A DNA stretch of 32,000 nt from Vibrio vulnificus CMCP6 (GTDB lineage Bacteria; Pseudomonadota; Gammaproteobacteria; Enterobacterales; Vibrionaceae). The notes under the pieces were generated by a model. The model ran no database searches. It was not told where the DNA came from and was given only the letters and a program-made list of their open reading frames with translations. Position 1 is the stretch's first letter, and each line of letters starts with the position of its first letter. The stretch spans positions 240,001-272,000 of the forward strand of contig NC_004459.3 of assembly GCF_000039765.1 (NCBI RefSeq), in the 5' to 3' direction. This document shows positions 18,059 through 28,045 of the stretch, piece after piece. The position numbers and the translations under genes were made by a program.

Positions 18059-19171
18059 TTGAGCAATAAAATCGTCACTCTAGAGATTAACCTAGAACCC
18101 TCCGATAACCGCCGTCTTGCAAGCTTGTGCGGTCCTTTTGATGAAAATATCAAACACTTAGAACGTCGACTCGGCGTTGAAATCAGTTACCGTGGCAACT
18201 TTTTTACCATCGTTGGTAAACCCCACACATCCGCCGCCGCGCTCGATATCATTAAAACGCTTTACGTTGAAACCGCGACGGTTCGCGGCCAAATTAAAGA
18301 CGTTGAACCTGAAGATATCCACCTTGCGATCAAAGAATCTGGTGTGCTTGAACAAAACCAAGAATCGGCCATCGCGCATGGTAAAGAAGTGTTTGTTAAA
18401 ACCAAGAAAGGGGTGATCAAACCTCGCACGCCGAATCAGGCGCAATACTTGGTCAATATGGTCACGCACGACATCACTTTCGGTATTGGCCCTGCTGGTA
18501 CGGGTAAAACCTATCTTGCAGTTGCTGCAGCTGTCGATGCGCTAGAGCGTCAAGAGATCCGCCGCATTCTGCTCACTCGTCCTGCGGTTGAAGCAGGTGA
18601 AAAACTCGGTTTCCTACCGGGTGATTTGAGTCAGAAAGTCGATCCTTATTTACGCCCGCTTTACGATGCATTGTTTGAAATGCTCGGTTTTGAACGGGTT
18701 GAAAAGCTGATTGAGCGTAACGTCATCGAAGTGGCACCACTGGCATACATGCGTGGTCGCACACTCAACGATGCCTTCATCATTCTCGATGAGAGCCAAA
18801 ACACCACAGTAGAACAGATGAAAATGTTCCTGACCCGTATCGGCTTTAACTCTCGCGCCGTGATCACAGGGGATGTCACGCAGATTGACTTACCTCGCGG
18901 TGCAAAATCTGGCCTTCGTCATGCCATCGAAGTGCTCAATGAAGTGGAAGAGATCAGCTTTAACTTCTTCCAATCCGATGACGTCGTTCGCCACCCAGTC
19001 GTCGCGCGCATCGTCAATGCCTACGAGAAGTGGGAAGCACAAGACCAAAAAGAGCGTAAAGAGTTTGAACAACGTCGCCGAGAAGAGCGCGATGCCAAAC
19101 TGCTTGAAGCCGCCAAAGCCGAGCTTTCTGCACAAATCAGCGCGGATAAGGAAACCACACATGGCAATTGA
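18059..19171 (+). CDS. ybeZ: PhoH-like ATPase YbeZ
   Basis: P-loop GPAGTGKT and ILDESQN. Long identical blocks to E. coli YbeZ ([43 protein letters not shown]). TTG start at 18059 with GAGAGG 5 nt upstream; there is no in-frame ATG near the homolog N-terminus. Confidence 0.92.
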   Translation: MSNKIVTLEINLEPSDNRRLASLCGPFDENIKHLERRLGVEISYRGNFFTIVGKPHTSAAALDIIKTLYVETATVRGQIKDVEPEDIHLAIKESGVLEQNQESAIAHGKEVFVKTKKGVIKPRTPNQAQYLVNMVTHDITFGIGPAGTGKTYLAVAAAVDALERQEIRRILLTRPAVEAGEKLGFLPGDLSQKVDPYLRPLYDALFEMLGFERVEKLIERNVIEVAPLAYMRGRTLNDAFIILDESQNTTVEQMKMFLTRIGFNSRAVITGDVTQIDLPRGAKSGLRHAIEVLNEVEEISFNFFQSDDVVRHPVVARIVNAYEKWEAQDQKERKEFEQRRREERDAKLLEAAKAELSAQISADKETTHGN

Positions 19172-19625
19172 ACTGGATCTGCAACTGGCGGTCGAAGATC
19201 AAAACGGCCTACCTAGTGCGCAAGATTTCCAAACCTGGCTGGACAAGACCATTCCGCCGTTTCAGCCACAGGCAGAAGTCACGATTCGCATCGTTGATAG
19301 CCAAGAGAGCCATCAGCTGAATCACGATTATCGTGGTAAAGATAAGCCCACTAACGTGCTTTCTTTTCCGTTTGAAGCGCCCCCTGGAATGGAAATGGAT
19401 TTGTTGGGTGATTTGGTTATTTGTCGCCAAGTGGTTGAACAAGAAGCCATAGACCAAGACAAACCCCTGATGGCACATTGGGCGCATATGGTTGTACATG
19501 GTAGCTTGCATCTGTTAGGTTATGACCATATTGAGGACGACGAAGCTGAAGAGATGGAGTCCCTCGAAACAGAAATAATGCAAGGTATGGGATTTACTGA
19601 CCCATACTTAGCAGAAAAAGAGTGA
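19161..19625 (+). CDS. ybeY: Endoribonuclease YbeY (rRNA maturation factor)
   Basis: 154 aa from ATG 19161 ([10 protein letters not shown]...) with zinc motif [11 protein letters not shown]. It overlaps the ybeZ 3' end by 11 nt. The track ORF start 18873 lies deep inside ybeZ in another frame. Confidence 0.93.
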   Translation: MAIELDLQLAVEDQNGLPSAQDFQTWLDKTIPPFQPQAEVTIRIVDSQESHQLNHDYRGKDKPTNVLSFPFEAPPGMEMDLLGDLVICRQVVEQEAIDQDKPLMAHWAHMVVHGSLHLLGYDHIEDDEAEEMESLETEIMQGMGFTDPYLAEKE

Positions 19626-19703
19626 GCATTCGATACGCACTAGCGCGTTGAATGCCAAATGTGTGCTATCACACATCTGATAGCGTTACTTAATAGAGAA
19701 ACA

Positions 19704-20579
19704 ATGAACGACGACAATTCTCAAAATTCAGAAGGTCCGAGTAGAAAGTCCTTCTTCGGACGCCTGGGTCAATTATTTCAGGGTGAGCCTAAAGATCGCC
19801 AAGAGTTAGTGGATGTTATCCGAGATTCTGAAGTAAATGACCTGATTGACCATGACACTCGAGATATGCTCGAAGGTGTGATGGAAATTGCTGAAATGCG
19901 CGTTAGGGACATCATGATCCCTCGCTCGCAAATGGTCACCATCGAGAGAAAAGACAATCTCGATTCACTTATCGCACTGATCACTGATGCGCAACACTCG
20001 CGCTACCCAGTTATCAGTGAAGATAAAGACCATGTAGAAGGCATCCTACTTGCGAAGGACTTACTCAAATACTTAGGCTCAGACAGTGCTCCATTTGATA
20101 TCGAAGAGGTTATCCGCCCAGCGGTCGTGGTTCCTGAAAGTAAGCGAGTCGATCGCCTACTGAAAGAATTCCGCCAAGAACGTTATCACATGGCCATTGT
20201 TGTTGATGAATTTGGTGGCGTCTCCGGCCTTGTCACCATCGAAGATATTCTTGAAGAAATTGTTGGGGATATCGAAGATGAGTTCGACGAAGAGGAAGAT
20301 GCAGATATTCGTAAACTCAGCAAGCATACTTATGCGGTCAAAGCATTGACCACCATTGAAGAGTTTAACGAAACCTTTGGCAGTCGTTTTAGCGATGAAG
20401 AAGTGGATACAGTGGGTGGTTTGGTGATGACAGCCTTTGGTCACTTACCAACTCGTGGCGAGATCGTAGAAATTGATGGTTTCAATTTCAAAGTGACCGC
20501 CGCCGATAACCGTCGTGTTATCCAGTTACAAGTCACCGTGCCTGACTCGGTTTCTGTTGCAGAAACCACTCCAGAGTAA
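19704..20579 (+). CDS. corC: Magnesium/cobalt efflux-associated protein CorC (CBS-pair plus CorC/HlyC domain)
   Basis: 291 aa from ATG 19704 (MNDDNSQNS...; E. coli CorC begins MSDDNS...). Shared blocks: [14 protein letters not shown] and [10 protein letters not shown]. Confidence 0.9.
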   Translation: MNDDNSQNSEGPSRKSFFGRLGQLFQGEPKDRQELVDVIRDSEVNDLIDHDTRDMLEGVMEIAEMRVRDIMIPRSQMVTIERKDNLDSLIALITDAQHSRYPVISEDKDHVEGILLAKDLLKYLGSDSAPFDIEEVIRPAVVVPESKRVDRLLKEFRQERYHMAIVVDEFGGVSGLVTIEDILEEIVGDIEDEFDEEEDADIRKLSKHTYAVKALTTIEEFNETFGSRFSDEEVDTVGGLVMTAFGHLPTRGEIVEIDGFNFKVTAADNRRVIQLQVTVPDSVSVAETTPE

Positions 20580-20621
20580 CGATAACCGCCTCTGCAAAGA
20601 GGAATATCAGACGAACGATAG

Positions 20622-22142
20622 ATGAAAAATACCCTATTTCATCGCCTCAAGCGGCCCATTGCGGCCGCTTTTGTTGGCGCTCTCACTACGCTTGCCTTTG
20701 CACCTTACCAAATTTGGTTAGTTGCGCTTATTACACCAGCCCTGTTACTTATCCTTATCCATGGTCAATCACGTCGACAAGCTCTGTGGACGGGGTACGC
20801 GTGGGGATTCGGGCAGTTTGCCTCTGGTATTAGCTGGGTCTACGTCAGTATCGCAGGCTTTGGTGGCATGCCTCTGGCGGCTAACCTCTTTTTGATGGGG
20901 GCACTCATCGCCTATCTGGCCATCTACCCTGCACTCTTCACTTGGAGCTACCAACGCTTTTTTGCCAAAGCAACCTTGCTCAACTTGTTGCTTGCCGCGC
21001 CAGCCCTGTGGTTAATAGCAGACTGGCTGCGTGGCTGGGTGATGACGGGCTTCCCTTGGCTGTGGCTCGGTTACAGTCAAATCGATTCACCTCTGGCGAG
21101 TTTCGCTCCAATTGGTGGTGTTGAGCTGCTTACGCTACTGCTTTTGGTCGGTGCAGGTGCGATCGCCTATGCGGTAATTCATAAACGTTGGTCAATGCTA
21201 CTCATCCCAACGGTGTTACTCAGCACGGGTTATGGCTTATCACACTGGGACTGGGTCACACCGCAACCGGACAAAACCACCAAAGTGGCGCTTATCCAAG
21301 GCAATGTCGACCAAAACTTAAAATGGTTACCAAGCCAACGCTGGCCAACCATTATGAAGTACACCGATTTGAGCCGTGAAAACTGGGACGCAGATATTAT
21401 TATTTGGCCAGAGGCTGCCATTCCAGCGTTTGAAGTCGAGTTGCCCTCCTACCTGAGTAATTTGGACAGTGCGGCAAAAATGAATCAAAGCGCGATCATC
21501 AGTGGCATTGTCAATCAAGCCGAAGATGGTCAGTTTTACAACAGCATTCTTGCCGTCGGCCTGACGCCTTATGGGGATTACTCTTTTGATCTCACTGAGC
21601 GTTATCATAAGCATCACCTGCTGCCGTTCGGTGAGTTTGTCCCGTTTGAGCAAATTTTGCGTCCATTAGCACCGTTTTTTAATTTGCCCATGTCATCATT
21701 TAGCCGTGGTGATTTTGTTCAGCCTAATATCGTGGCAAATGGCCATCCAATGGCGCCAGCGCTGTGTTACGAAATTATCTTTAACGAGCAAGTAAGGCAA
21801 AACGTTACCGACGACACCGATTTCCTTTTGACTCTATCAAACGACGCTTGGTTTGGTCGTTCAATTGGCCCCTTGCAACACATGGAAATCGCGCGAATGC
21901 GTGCTCTCGAGCTGGGCAAACCGCTGATTCGTTCCACCAATAATGGTTTAACGGCCGTTACTGACCATAGAGGTAAAATTATCGCCTCTATTCCACAGTT
22001 TGAAACGGCGGTACTACGGGCAGAGCTTACGCCAACCCAAGGACAAACGCCCTATCATCAACTAGGCAGCTGGCCACTCTACATTTGGGTAGCTTTGTCA
22101 CTCGCTCTCGCATGGTGGCGAAAACGCCGCACGAATGCTTAG
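20622..22142 (+). CDS. lnt: Apolipoprotein N-acyltransferase
   Basis: 506 aa with a multi-TM N-terminal half and a C-N hydrolase domain. Catalytic-type motifs WPE (IIWPEAA) and CYE (ALCYEIIF). ybeZ-ybeY-corC-lnt synteny is conserved. Confidence 0.93.
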   Translation: MKNTLFHRLKRPIAAAFVGALTTLAFAPYQIWLVALITPALLLILIHGQSRRQALWTGYAWGFGQFASGISWVYVSIAGFGGMPLAANLFLMGALIAYLAIYPALFTWSYQRFFAKATLLNLLLAAPALWLIADWLRGWVMTGFPWLWLGYSQIDSPLASFAPIGGVELLTLLLLVGAGAIAYAVIHKRWSMLLIPTVLLSTGYGLSHWDWVTPQPDKTTKVALIQGNVDQNLKWLPSQRWPTIMKYTDLSRENWDADIIIWPEAAIPAFEVELPSYLSNLDSAAKMNQSAIISGIVNQAEDGQFYNSILAVGLTPYGDYSFDLTERYHKHHLLPFGEFVPFEQILRPLAPFFNLPMSSFSRGDFVQPNIVANGHPMAPALCYEIIFNEQVRQNVTDDTDFLLTLSNDAWFGRSIGPLQHMEIARMRALELGKPLIRSTNNGLTAVTDHRGKIIASIPQFETAVLRAELTPTQGQTPYHQLGSWPLYIWVALSLALAWWRKRRTNA

Positions 22143-22194
22143 CGGCAAAAGCGGTAGAGAAAACCCGTTGCGAAAAGCGCAAGCACAGATGGGC

Positions 22195-22232
22195 AAAAAA
22201 CAAAAGGTACGCAATGCGTACCTTTTCTGTTT
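22195..22232. terminator. Bidirectional rho-independent terminator shared by convergent lnt (+) and ybeL (-)
   Basis: Palindrome aaaaggtacgca (22202-22213) / tgcgtacctttt (22215-22226). It has an A-rich 5' flank (22195-22205) and a T-rich 3' flank (ttttctgtttc). Confidence 0.8.
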
Positions 22233-22255
22233 CTCACGTGAGCAAAAGAGCGTGA

Positions 22256-22726
22256 TTACGGTTTCAACGCTTGGCGGCTAAAGCCCTTGTGACCACATTT
22301 GATGCAAGGAATGATCACGGTTGGATGATTGTAGGAGGTTTTATGGCCACATTCATCACACACCAACACACCAAGCCCTATTACCTCTCCCGCTTCGTAA
22401 AGGCCTTGATGTTCAAGATCTTCAAACAGTTCAACCCATTCCACTTTGGTTCTGTCAGTAATTTCGAGCAAACCTTGCCAAATAGAATCGGCAATGGTGA
22501 GGTAAAAAGGTCCACTTTTGCTCTCTTCATAGTTGTCGGCAAACTCTTTTAAGTCCGCTTTTACGTACGCAGAGATCAACGCCAACTCATCTTTGGTCAT
22601 ATCATTCGCCGCTGATATCACCTTGCCAGACGTTTCTAGGACGTTGTTCACTTCATCTGGGCTATGTTTGAGTGTCTCGATGACATCTTCCAACATTTCT
22701 TCATAACCGGATTTACGTTTCGGCAT
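22256..22726 (-). CDS. ybeL: DUF1451 zinc-ribbon protein YbeL (function unknown)
   Basis: 156 aa. The C-terminal block GEVIGLGVLVCDECGH...PCIKCGH..F.R parallels E. coli YbeL (GEVVGLGNLVCEKCHF...LCPKCGH). It is divergent from leuS, as in E. coli. Confidence 0.8.
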   Translation of the reverse strand: MPKRKSGYEEMLEDVIETLKHSPDEVNNVLETSGKVISAANDMTKDELALISAYVKADLKEFADNYEESKSGPFYLTIADSIWQGLLEITDRTKVEWVELFEDLEHQGLYEAGEVIGLGVLVCDECGHKTSYNHPTVIIPCIKCGHKGFSRQALKP

Positions 22727-22848
22727 GGCAGTCCTCCATCTGTAAAGATTGGCTATTGTTGTGCACGGTACCTTTAGGTATTCTATGACGATCTATTTCA
22801 ATCTGTTCTAACCGAACTCACAAATTCCAAGATAACCGGATACCATCG

Positions 22849-25422
22849 ATGCAAGAACAATATAATCCACAAGATATTGAACAGAAAGTTCAACAGCACT
22901 GGGACAACAACAAAACATTTGTTGTGACTGAAGATCCAACCAAAGAGAAGTTCTACTGCCTCTCTATGTTCCCATACCCAAGTGGTCGACTGCACATGGG
23001 TCACGTGCGTAACTACACCATCGGTGACGTAGTATCTCGTTTCCAACGCCTACAAGGCAAAAACGTCATGCAGCCAATCGGCTGGGACGCATTCGGTCTA
23101 CCTGCAGAAAACGCAGCGGTGAAAAACAACACCGCGCCTGCGCCTTGGACTTACGAAAACATCGAATACATGAAGAACCAACTTAAGCTTCTTGGCTTTG
23201 GTTACGACTGGAACCGCGAATTCGCAACATGTACGCCTGAGTACTACCGTTGGGAACAAGAGTTCTTCACTAAGCTTTACGAGAAAGGCCTGGTTTACAA
23301 GAAGACGTCTTCTGTTAACTGGTGTCCAAACGACCAAACTGTTCTTGCGAACGAGCAGGTTGAAGACGGCTGCTGCTGGCGTTGTGATACGCCTGTAGAG
23401 CAAAAAGAAATTCCTCAGTGGTTTATCAAGATCACCGAGTACGCTCAAGAACTGCTTGATGATCTAGACAAACTTGAAGGCTGGCCAGAAATGGTGAAAA
23501 CCATGCAACGCAACTGGATTGGTCGTTCTGAAGGTGTGGAGCTCAAGTTTGAAGTGAAAGGTCAACAAGACCTAGAAGTGTACACCACTCGTCCAGACAC
23601 ACTAATGGGTGTAACTTATGTCGGTATCGCAGCAGGTCACCCTCTAGCGAAAATTGCCGCTGAGAATAACCCAGAGCTTGCTGCGTTCATCGAAGAATGT
23701 AAGAACACCAAAGTTGCTGAAGCTGAGCTTGCGACCATGGAGAAGAAAGGTATGGCGACGGGCCTTACTGCTATTCATCCATTAAACGGCCGTGAAGTGC
23801 CAGTGTACGTCGCTAACTTCGTATTGATGGACTACGGTACAGGCGCTGTTATGGCAGTACCGGCACACGACCAACGTGACTTCGAGTTCGCCACTAAGTA
23901 CGGTCTAGACATCATTCCGGTAATCAAGCCAATTGATGGCAGCGAGCTAGACATCTCAGAAGCGGCCTACACAGAGAAAGGCGTGCTGTTCGATTCAGGT
24001 GAGTTCGATGGCCTAGAATTCCAAGCAGCGTTCGATGCCATCGCAGCGAAGCTAGAAGCAGAAGGCAAAGGCACTAAGACGGTTAACTTCCGTCTACGTG
24101 ACTGGGGTGTATCTCGTCAACGTTACTGGGGTGCACCAATCCCAATGGTCACCACTGAAGATGGCCAAGTTCACCCAGTACCCGCAGACCAACTACCCGT
24201 GATTCTTCCTGAAGACGTAGTAATGGACGGCGTAACGAGCCCAATCAAAGCCGACAAAGAGTGGGCGAAGACAACCTTCAACGGTGAGCCAGCTCTGCGT
24301 GAGACAGATACGTTCGATACCTTTATGGAATCTTCTTGGTACTACGCACGTTACTGTTCACCACAAGCTGACGACATCCTAGATCCAGAAAAAGCCAACT
24401 ACTGGCTGCCTGTAGACCAATACATCGGCGGTATCGAGCACGCGTGTATGCACCTACTGTACTCTCGCTTCTTCCACAAACTACTACGTGATGCTGGCTA
24501 CGTAACGTCTGACGAACCGTTCAAGCAACTACTGTGTCAAGGCATGGTACTGGCAGATGCCTTCTACTACACCAACGATAAAGGTGGCAAAGAGTGGGTA
24601 TCACCAACGGAAGTGAAAGTTGAACGCGATGGCAAAGGTCGCATCACTTCAGCTGTCGACAATGAAGGTCGTAACGTAGAACACTCAGGCATGATCAAAA
24701 TGTCTAAGTCGAAAAACAACGGTATCGACCCACAAGAGATGGTCGACAAATACGGCGCAGACACAGTACGTCTATTCATGATGTTTGCTTCTCCAGCAGA
24801 CATGACACTTGAGTGGCAAGAGTCTGGCGTAGAAGGGGCTAACCGCTTCCTGAAACGTGTCTGGAAACTCGTAAACGAGCACACATCAAAAGGTGCAGCA
24901 GAAGCAGTCGATGCAGCAGCACTGTCTGGTGATCAAAAAGCACTGCGTCGTGACGTTCACAAAACCATCGCCAAAGTAACCGATGACGTTGCGCGTCGTC
25001 AGACGTTCAACACTGCAATCGCTGCTGTCATGGAGTTGATGAACAAGCTGGCGAAAGCGCCACAAGAATCTGCACAAGATCGTGCGATCCTTGACGAAGC
25101 GCTAAAAGCGGTCGTTGCGATGCTGTACCCAATCACTCCGCATATCTGTTTCGAAATGTGGACGGCACTTGGCCAGCAAGACATCGACAACGCATCTTGG
25201 CCAACTTACGATGAGCAAGCTCTGGTTGAAGACGAAAAACTGATTGTTGTTCAAGTAAACGGCAAAGTCCGCGGTAAAATCACCGTTGCTGCAGACGCAA
25301 CCAAAGAGCAAGTTGAAGAAATTGGTCTTAACGAAGAAAACGTCTCTAAACACCTAGACGGCGTGACTATCCGTAAAGTGATTTACGTACCAGGCAAACT
25401 ATTGAGCATTGTGGCGAACTGA
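22849..25422 (+). CDS. leuS: Leucine--tRNA ligase
   Basis: 857 aa. The N-terminus [11 protein letters not shown] matches E. coli MQEQYRPEEIE. Class I motifs HMGH and KMSKS are present. Confidence 0.98.
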   Translation: MQEQYNPQDIEQKVQQHWDNNKTFVVTEDPTKEKFYCLSMFPYPSGRLHMGHVRNYTIGDVVSRFQRLQGKNVMQPIGWDAFGLPAENAAVKNNTAPAPWTYENIEYMKNQLKLLGFGYDWNREFATCTPEYYRWEQEFFTKLYEKGLVYKKTSSVNWCPNDQTVLANEQVEDGCCWRCDTPVEQKEIPQWFIKITEYAQELLDDLDKLEGWPEMVKTMQRNWIGRSEGVELKFEVKGQQDLEVYTTRPDTLMGVTYVGIAAGHPLAKIAAENNPELAAFIEECKNTKVAEAELATMEKKGMATGLTAIHPLNGREVPVYVANFVLMDYGTGAVMAVPAHDQRDFEFATKYGLDIIPVIKPIDGSELDISEAAYTEKGVLFDSGEFDGLEFQAAFDAIAAKLEAEGKGTKTVNFRLRDWGVSRQRYWGAPIPMVTTEDGQVHPVPADQLPVILPEDVVMDGVTSPIKADKEWAKTTFNGEPALRETDTFDTFMESSWYYARYCSPQADDILDPEKANYWLPVDQYIGGIEHACMHLLYSRFFHKLLRDAGYVTSDEPFKQLLCQGMVLADAFYYTNDKGGKEWVSPTEVKVERDGKGRITSAVDNEGRNVEHSGMIKMSKSKNNGIDPQEMVDKYGADTVRLFMMFASPADMTLEWQESGVEGANRFLKRVWKLVNEHTSKGAAEAVDAAALSGDQKALRRDVHKTIAKVTDDVARRQTFNTAIAAVMELMNKLAKAPQESAQDRAILDEALKAVVAMLYPITPHICFEMWTALGQQDIDNASWPTYDEQALVEDEKLIVVQVNGKVRGKITVAADATKEQVEEIGLNEENVSKHLDGVTIRKVIYVPGKLLSIVAN

Positions 25423-25509
25423 TCACGATATCAAGAGTGAAAAACCACCAGGTGAGGCGAACCAACGCGCTTCATCTTGGTCAAAGTTTGGGGTAGCTCG
25501 ACTACCCCT

Positions 25510-25550
25510 ACTTATCTAAAATCATTAGCACAGAGTGATTTTAGATAAGT
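25510..25550. repeat. Perfect 15-bp inverted repeat (ACTTATCTAAAATCA / TGATTTTAGATAAGT) with an 11-nt spacer
   Basis: Arms at 25510-25524 and 25536-25550 are exact reverse complements. Two further stem-loops lie immediately upstream: 25447-25481 (about 13 bp with one bulge) and 25490-25508 (GGGGTAG/CTACCCC). Confidence 0.9.
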
Positions 25551-25607
25551 CTAACCGTCGTGCTGCTAGCGGTAGCCCGTTTTCTGAACATCAAGAAGAG
25601 CATCTCA

Positions 25608-26138
25608 ATGCGTTTTACGTCCGTGTTTAAACTCTCATCCATTTTGGTTCTATCAGCCATGTTGTCTGCATGTGGTTTTCATTTACGTGGTGAGTACTCC
25701 GTTCCTGAAGAACTAAGCACACTCTCGTTTACCAGCTACGATGATTACAGCCCGCTCACTCGTTCAGTGAAAGCGCAATTGATTCTGAACAAAGTCAATC
25801 TCGTCGCTCCAGCTGAAACAGTTCCAAATCTATATTTGATTGGCGAGAACATCTCTGAGCGCACTTTATCGCTTTACCAAAACAGCCGTGCCGCAGAAAA
25901 AGAGCTGACTTACGTCGTGAGCTACCGAGTTACCGTACCTGATCTTGGCAGTCAAAGCTTCCAAACCACCGTCAATCGCAACTACCTAGATAACCCGCTG
26001 ACTGCGTTGGCAAAATCGGTGGAACGTGAAGTGATCGAGGATGAAATGCGCAACCAAGCGGCCAGTCAAATGATGCGTCAACTAGGTCGCCTTCGTGCGG
26101 AATACGAGGAACAAACCGTCAACTCAAGTAATCAGTAA
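25608..26138 (+). CDS. lptE: LPS-assembly lipoprotein LptE (RlpB)
   Basis: Start is ATG 25608 (MRFTSVFKLSSILVLSAMLSAC, lipobox LSAC) with AAGAAGAG 7 nt upstream. Its position between leuS and holA is conserved. The track start GTG 25560 adds 16 residues ahead of the signal peptide. Confidence 0.88.
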   Translation: MRFTSVFKLSSILVLSAMLSACGFHLRGEYSVPEELSTLSFTSYDDYSPLTRSVKAQLILNKVNLVAPAETVPNLYLIGENISERTLSLYQNSRAAEKELTYVVSYRVTVPDLGSQSFQTTVNRNYLDNPLTALAKSVEREVIEDEMRNQAASQMMRQLGRLRAEYEEQTVNSSNQ

Positions 26139-26140
26139 TT

Positions 26141-27166
26141 ATGCGAATTTTTGCCGATAACCTTGCTCAGCAACTGACGAAAGAACTCAAACCTGTCTAT
26201 TTGATTTTCGGGAATGAACCGCTACTGATCCAAGAAAGCCGCTCTGCTATTCAAAAAGCAGCGTTTCAACAAGGTTTCGAAGAGCGTCATCGCTTTGCCG
26301 TAGATGCAAGCTTAGATTGGAATCAAGTCTATGACTGCTGCCAAGCTTTGAGTCTTTTTTCCAGCCGCCAACTGATTGAACTTGAACTGCCAGAAAGCGG
26401 TGTCAACGTATCAATCGCCAACGAGTTGCTTTCTGTCGCTCAGATACTGCATGCCGATATTATGTTAGTCATCATTGGCAGCAAACTCACCAAAGCGCAA
26501 GAAAACGCAAAATGGTTCAAAACATTGAGCCAGCAAGGCCACTGGATCAGTTGTCTAACACCCGATAATCAACGCCTGCCACAGTTTGTATTAAATCGCT
26601 GCCGTCTACTGAATTTAAAACCAGACCAACAAGCGGTACAAATGCTCGCGCAATGGCATGAAGGAAATCTTTTTGCCCTTTCTCAAAGCCTGGAGAAATT
26701 GGCACTGCTCTATCCAGACGGCGAACTCAACTTGATTCGTTTGGAGGAATCCCTCAGTCGACATAATCACTTTACTGTTTTTCACTGGATTGACGCACTA
26801 TTAGAAGGGAAAGCCAACCGCTGCCAAAAAATCTTGCGCCAACTTGAAGCAGAAGACATTGAAGCGATTATTTTGTTGCGCTCATTGCAAAAAGAGCTGC
26901 TATTGCTTTTACAAATGCAGCAACAACTGCAGCAAAGCTCTATGATGCAAGTGTTCGAAAAGCACCGAATTTGGCAAAACAAGAAACCGCTCTATACTGC
27001 GGCTTTAACTCGACTCAAGAGCACTAAGCTAAGACAACTGCTCACATTGCTTGCAAAGGCAGAGATTCTGGCCAAAACGCAGTATGAGCAACCAGTATGG
27101 CCAATTCTTCAGCAATTAAGCGTCGAGATGTCTCTCCCTGACGTAGAGTTAGCTTTTAAAAGTTAA
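26141..27166 (+). CDS. holA: DNA polymerase III delta subunit
   Basis: 341 aa (E. coli 343). N-terminal similarity is visible ([14 protein letters not shown] versus YLLLGNDPLLLQES). It starts 2 nt after the lptE stop. Confidence 0.9.
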   Translation: MRIFADNLAQQLTKELKPVYLIFGNEPLLIQESRSAIQKAAFQQGFEERHRFAVDASLDWNQVYDCCQALSLFSSRQLIELELPESGVNVSIANELLSVAQILHADIMLVIIGSKLTKAQENAKWFKTLSQQGHWISCLTPDNQRLPQFVLNRCRLLNLKPDQQAVQMLAQWHEGNLFALSQSLEKLALLYPDGELNLIRLEESLSRHNHFTVFHWIDALLEGKANRCQKILRQLEAEDIEAIILLRSLQKELLLLLQMQQQLQQSSMMQVFEKHRIWQNKKPLYTAALTRLKSTKLRQLLTLLAKAEILAKTQYEQPVWPILQQLSVEMSLPDVELAFKS

Positions 27167-27171
27167 AAGCG

Positions 27172-27188
27172 TGCTATATTGCGCGCGC
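27172..27188 (+). promoter_or_regulatory. Candidate extended -10 promoter for rsfS-rlmH-mrdA-rodA with a (GC)4 discriminator
   Basis: TGcTATATT (27172-27180) is followed directly by gcgcgcgc (27181-27188). I found no good -35, which an extended -10 can tolerate. Confidence 0.35.
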
Positions 27189-27222
27189 ATGTAAAACAGA
27201 GAACAACACCGAGGAAATATTC

Positions 27223-27540
27223 GTGCTTCGCGAAGAACTAAAAGACTTTTTGGCTGATAAAGCCGACGATATGAAAGCAGAAAACATCGTAATTCTGAAC
27301 GTGGAAGACAAATCCAGCGTGACAGATTATATGGTCATCTGCACTGGCACATCGAAACGTCATGTTGCTTCGATTGCTGATCACGTCGCTGATGAAGTAA
27401 AAAAAGTAGGCCTTCAGCCATTATGCATGGAAGGTGAAAACGAAGGCGAATGGGTCGTACTGGATATGGGTGATGCGATGCTACACGTAATGCAAGAAGA
27501 ACACCGCCAGCTATACCAACTCGAAAAACTTTGGGGTTAA
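27223..27540 (+). CDS. rsfS: Ribosomal silencing factor RsfS
   Basis: 105 aa, as in E. coli RsfS. Blocks [10 protein letters not shown] and [20 protein letters not shown] start with GAGGAA 6 nt upstream. Confidence 0.93.
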   Translation: MLREELKDFLADKADDMKAENIVILNVEDKSSVTDYMVICTGTSKRHVASIADHVADEVKKVGLQPLCMEGENEGEWVVLDMGDAMLHVMQEEHRQLYQLEKLWG

Positions 27541-27544
27541 TGGT

Positions 27545-28015
27545 TTGAAAATTCAGTTGATCGCCGTTGGCACAAAAATGCCAAAGTGGGTTGAAGAAGG
27601 TTTTCAAGAATATCGCCGTCGTTTCCCGCACGATATGCCACTAGAGCTCATCGAAATCACGGCGGGTAAACGAGGCAAAAACGCAGATATCGCACGCATT
27701 TTGCAAAAAGAAGGCGAAGCGATGTTAGCCGCCATTCCCAAAGGCAATCGCATTGTCACTCTCGATATCCCAGGAAAGAAATGGGATACACCAGAGTTGG
27801 CGCAACAGCTTGAAGCGTGGAAACTGGATGGTCGAGATGTCTCGATCTTGATTGGTGGCCCAGAAGGATTAGCACCCGCATGCAAAGCCGCTGCGGAACA
27901 AAGTTGGTCTCTTTCAGCGCTAACCTTACCTCACCCGTTAGTGCGCATTGTGATGGCCGAGAGTTTATATCGTGCGTGGAGTATCACCACGAATCACCCT
28001 TATCATCGAGAATAA
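27545..28015 (+). CDS. rlmH: 23S rRNA (pseudouridine1915-N3)-methyltransferase RlmH
   Basis: 156 aa and near-identical to E. coli RlmH across the C-terminus ([19 protein letters not shown]...[18 protein letters not shown]). TTG start 4 nt after the rsfS stop gives (M)[12 protein letters not shown]. Confidence 0.93.
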   Translation: MKIQLIAVGTKMPKWVEEGFQEYRRRFPHDMPLELIEITAGKRGKNADIARILQKEGEAMLAAIPKGNRIVTLDIPGKKWDTPELAQQLEAWKLDGRDVSILIGGPEGLAPACKAAAEQSWSLSALTLPHPLVRIVMAESLYRAWSITTNHPYHRE

Positions 28016-28045
28016 GTTCAGCCCAATGAGTGAGACGCTGCGTTA

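Noticed and set aside
22727-22848. Looked for a T-box, leader peptide or attenuator upstream of leuS
   Set aside because: The 122-bp divergent region has no specifier/T-box-like structure, no Leu-rich leader ORF and no terminator-antiterminator pair.
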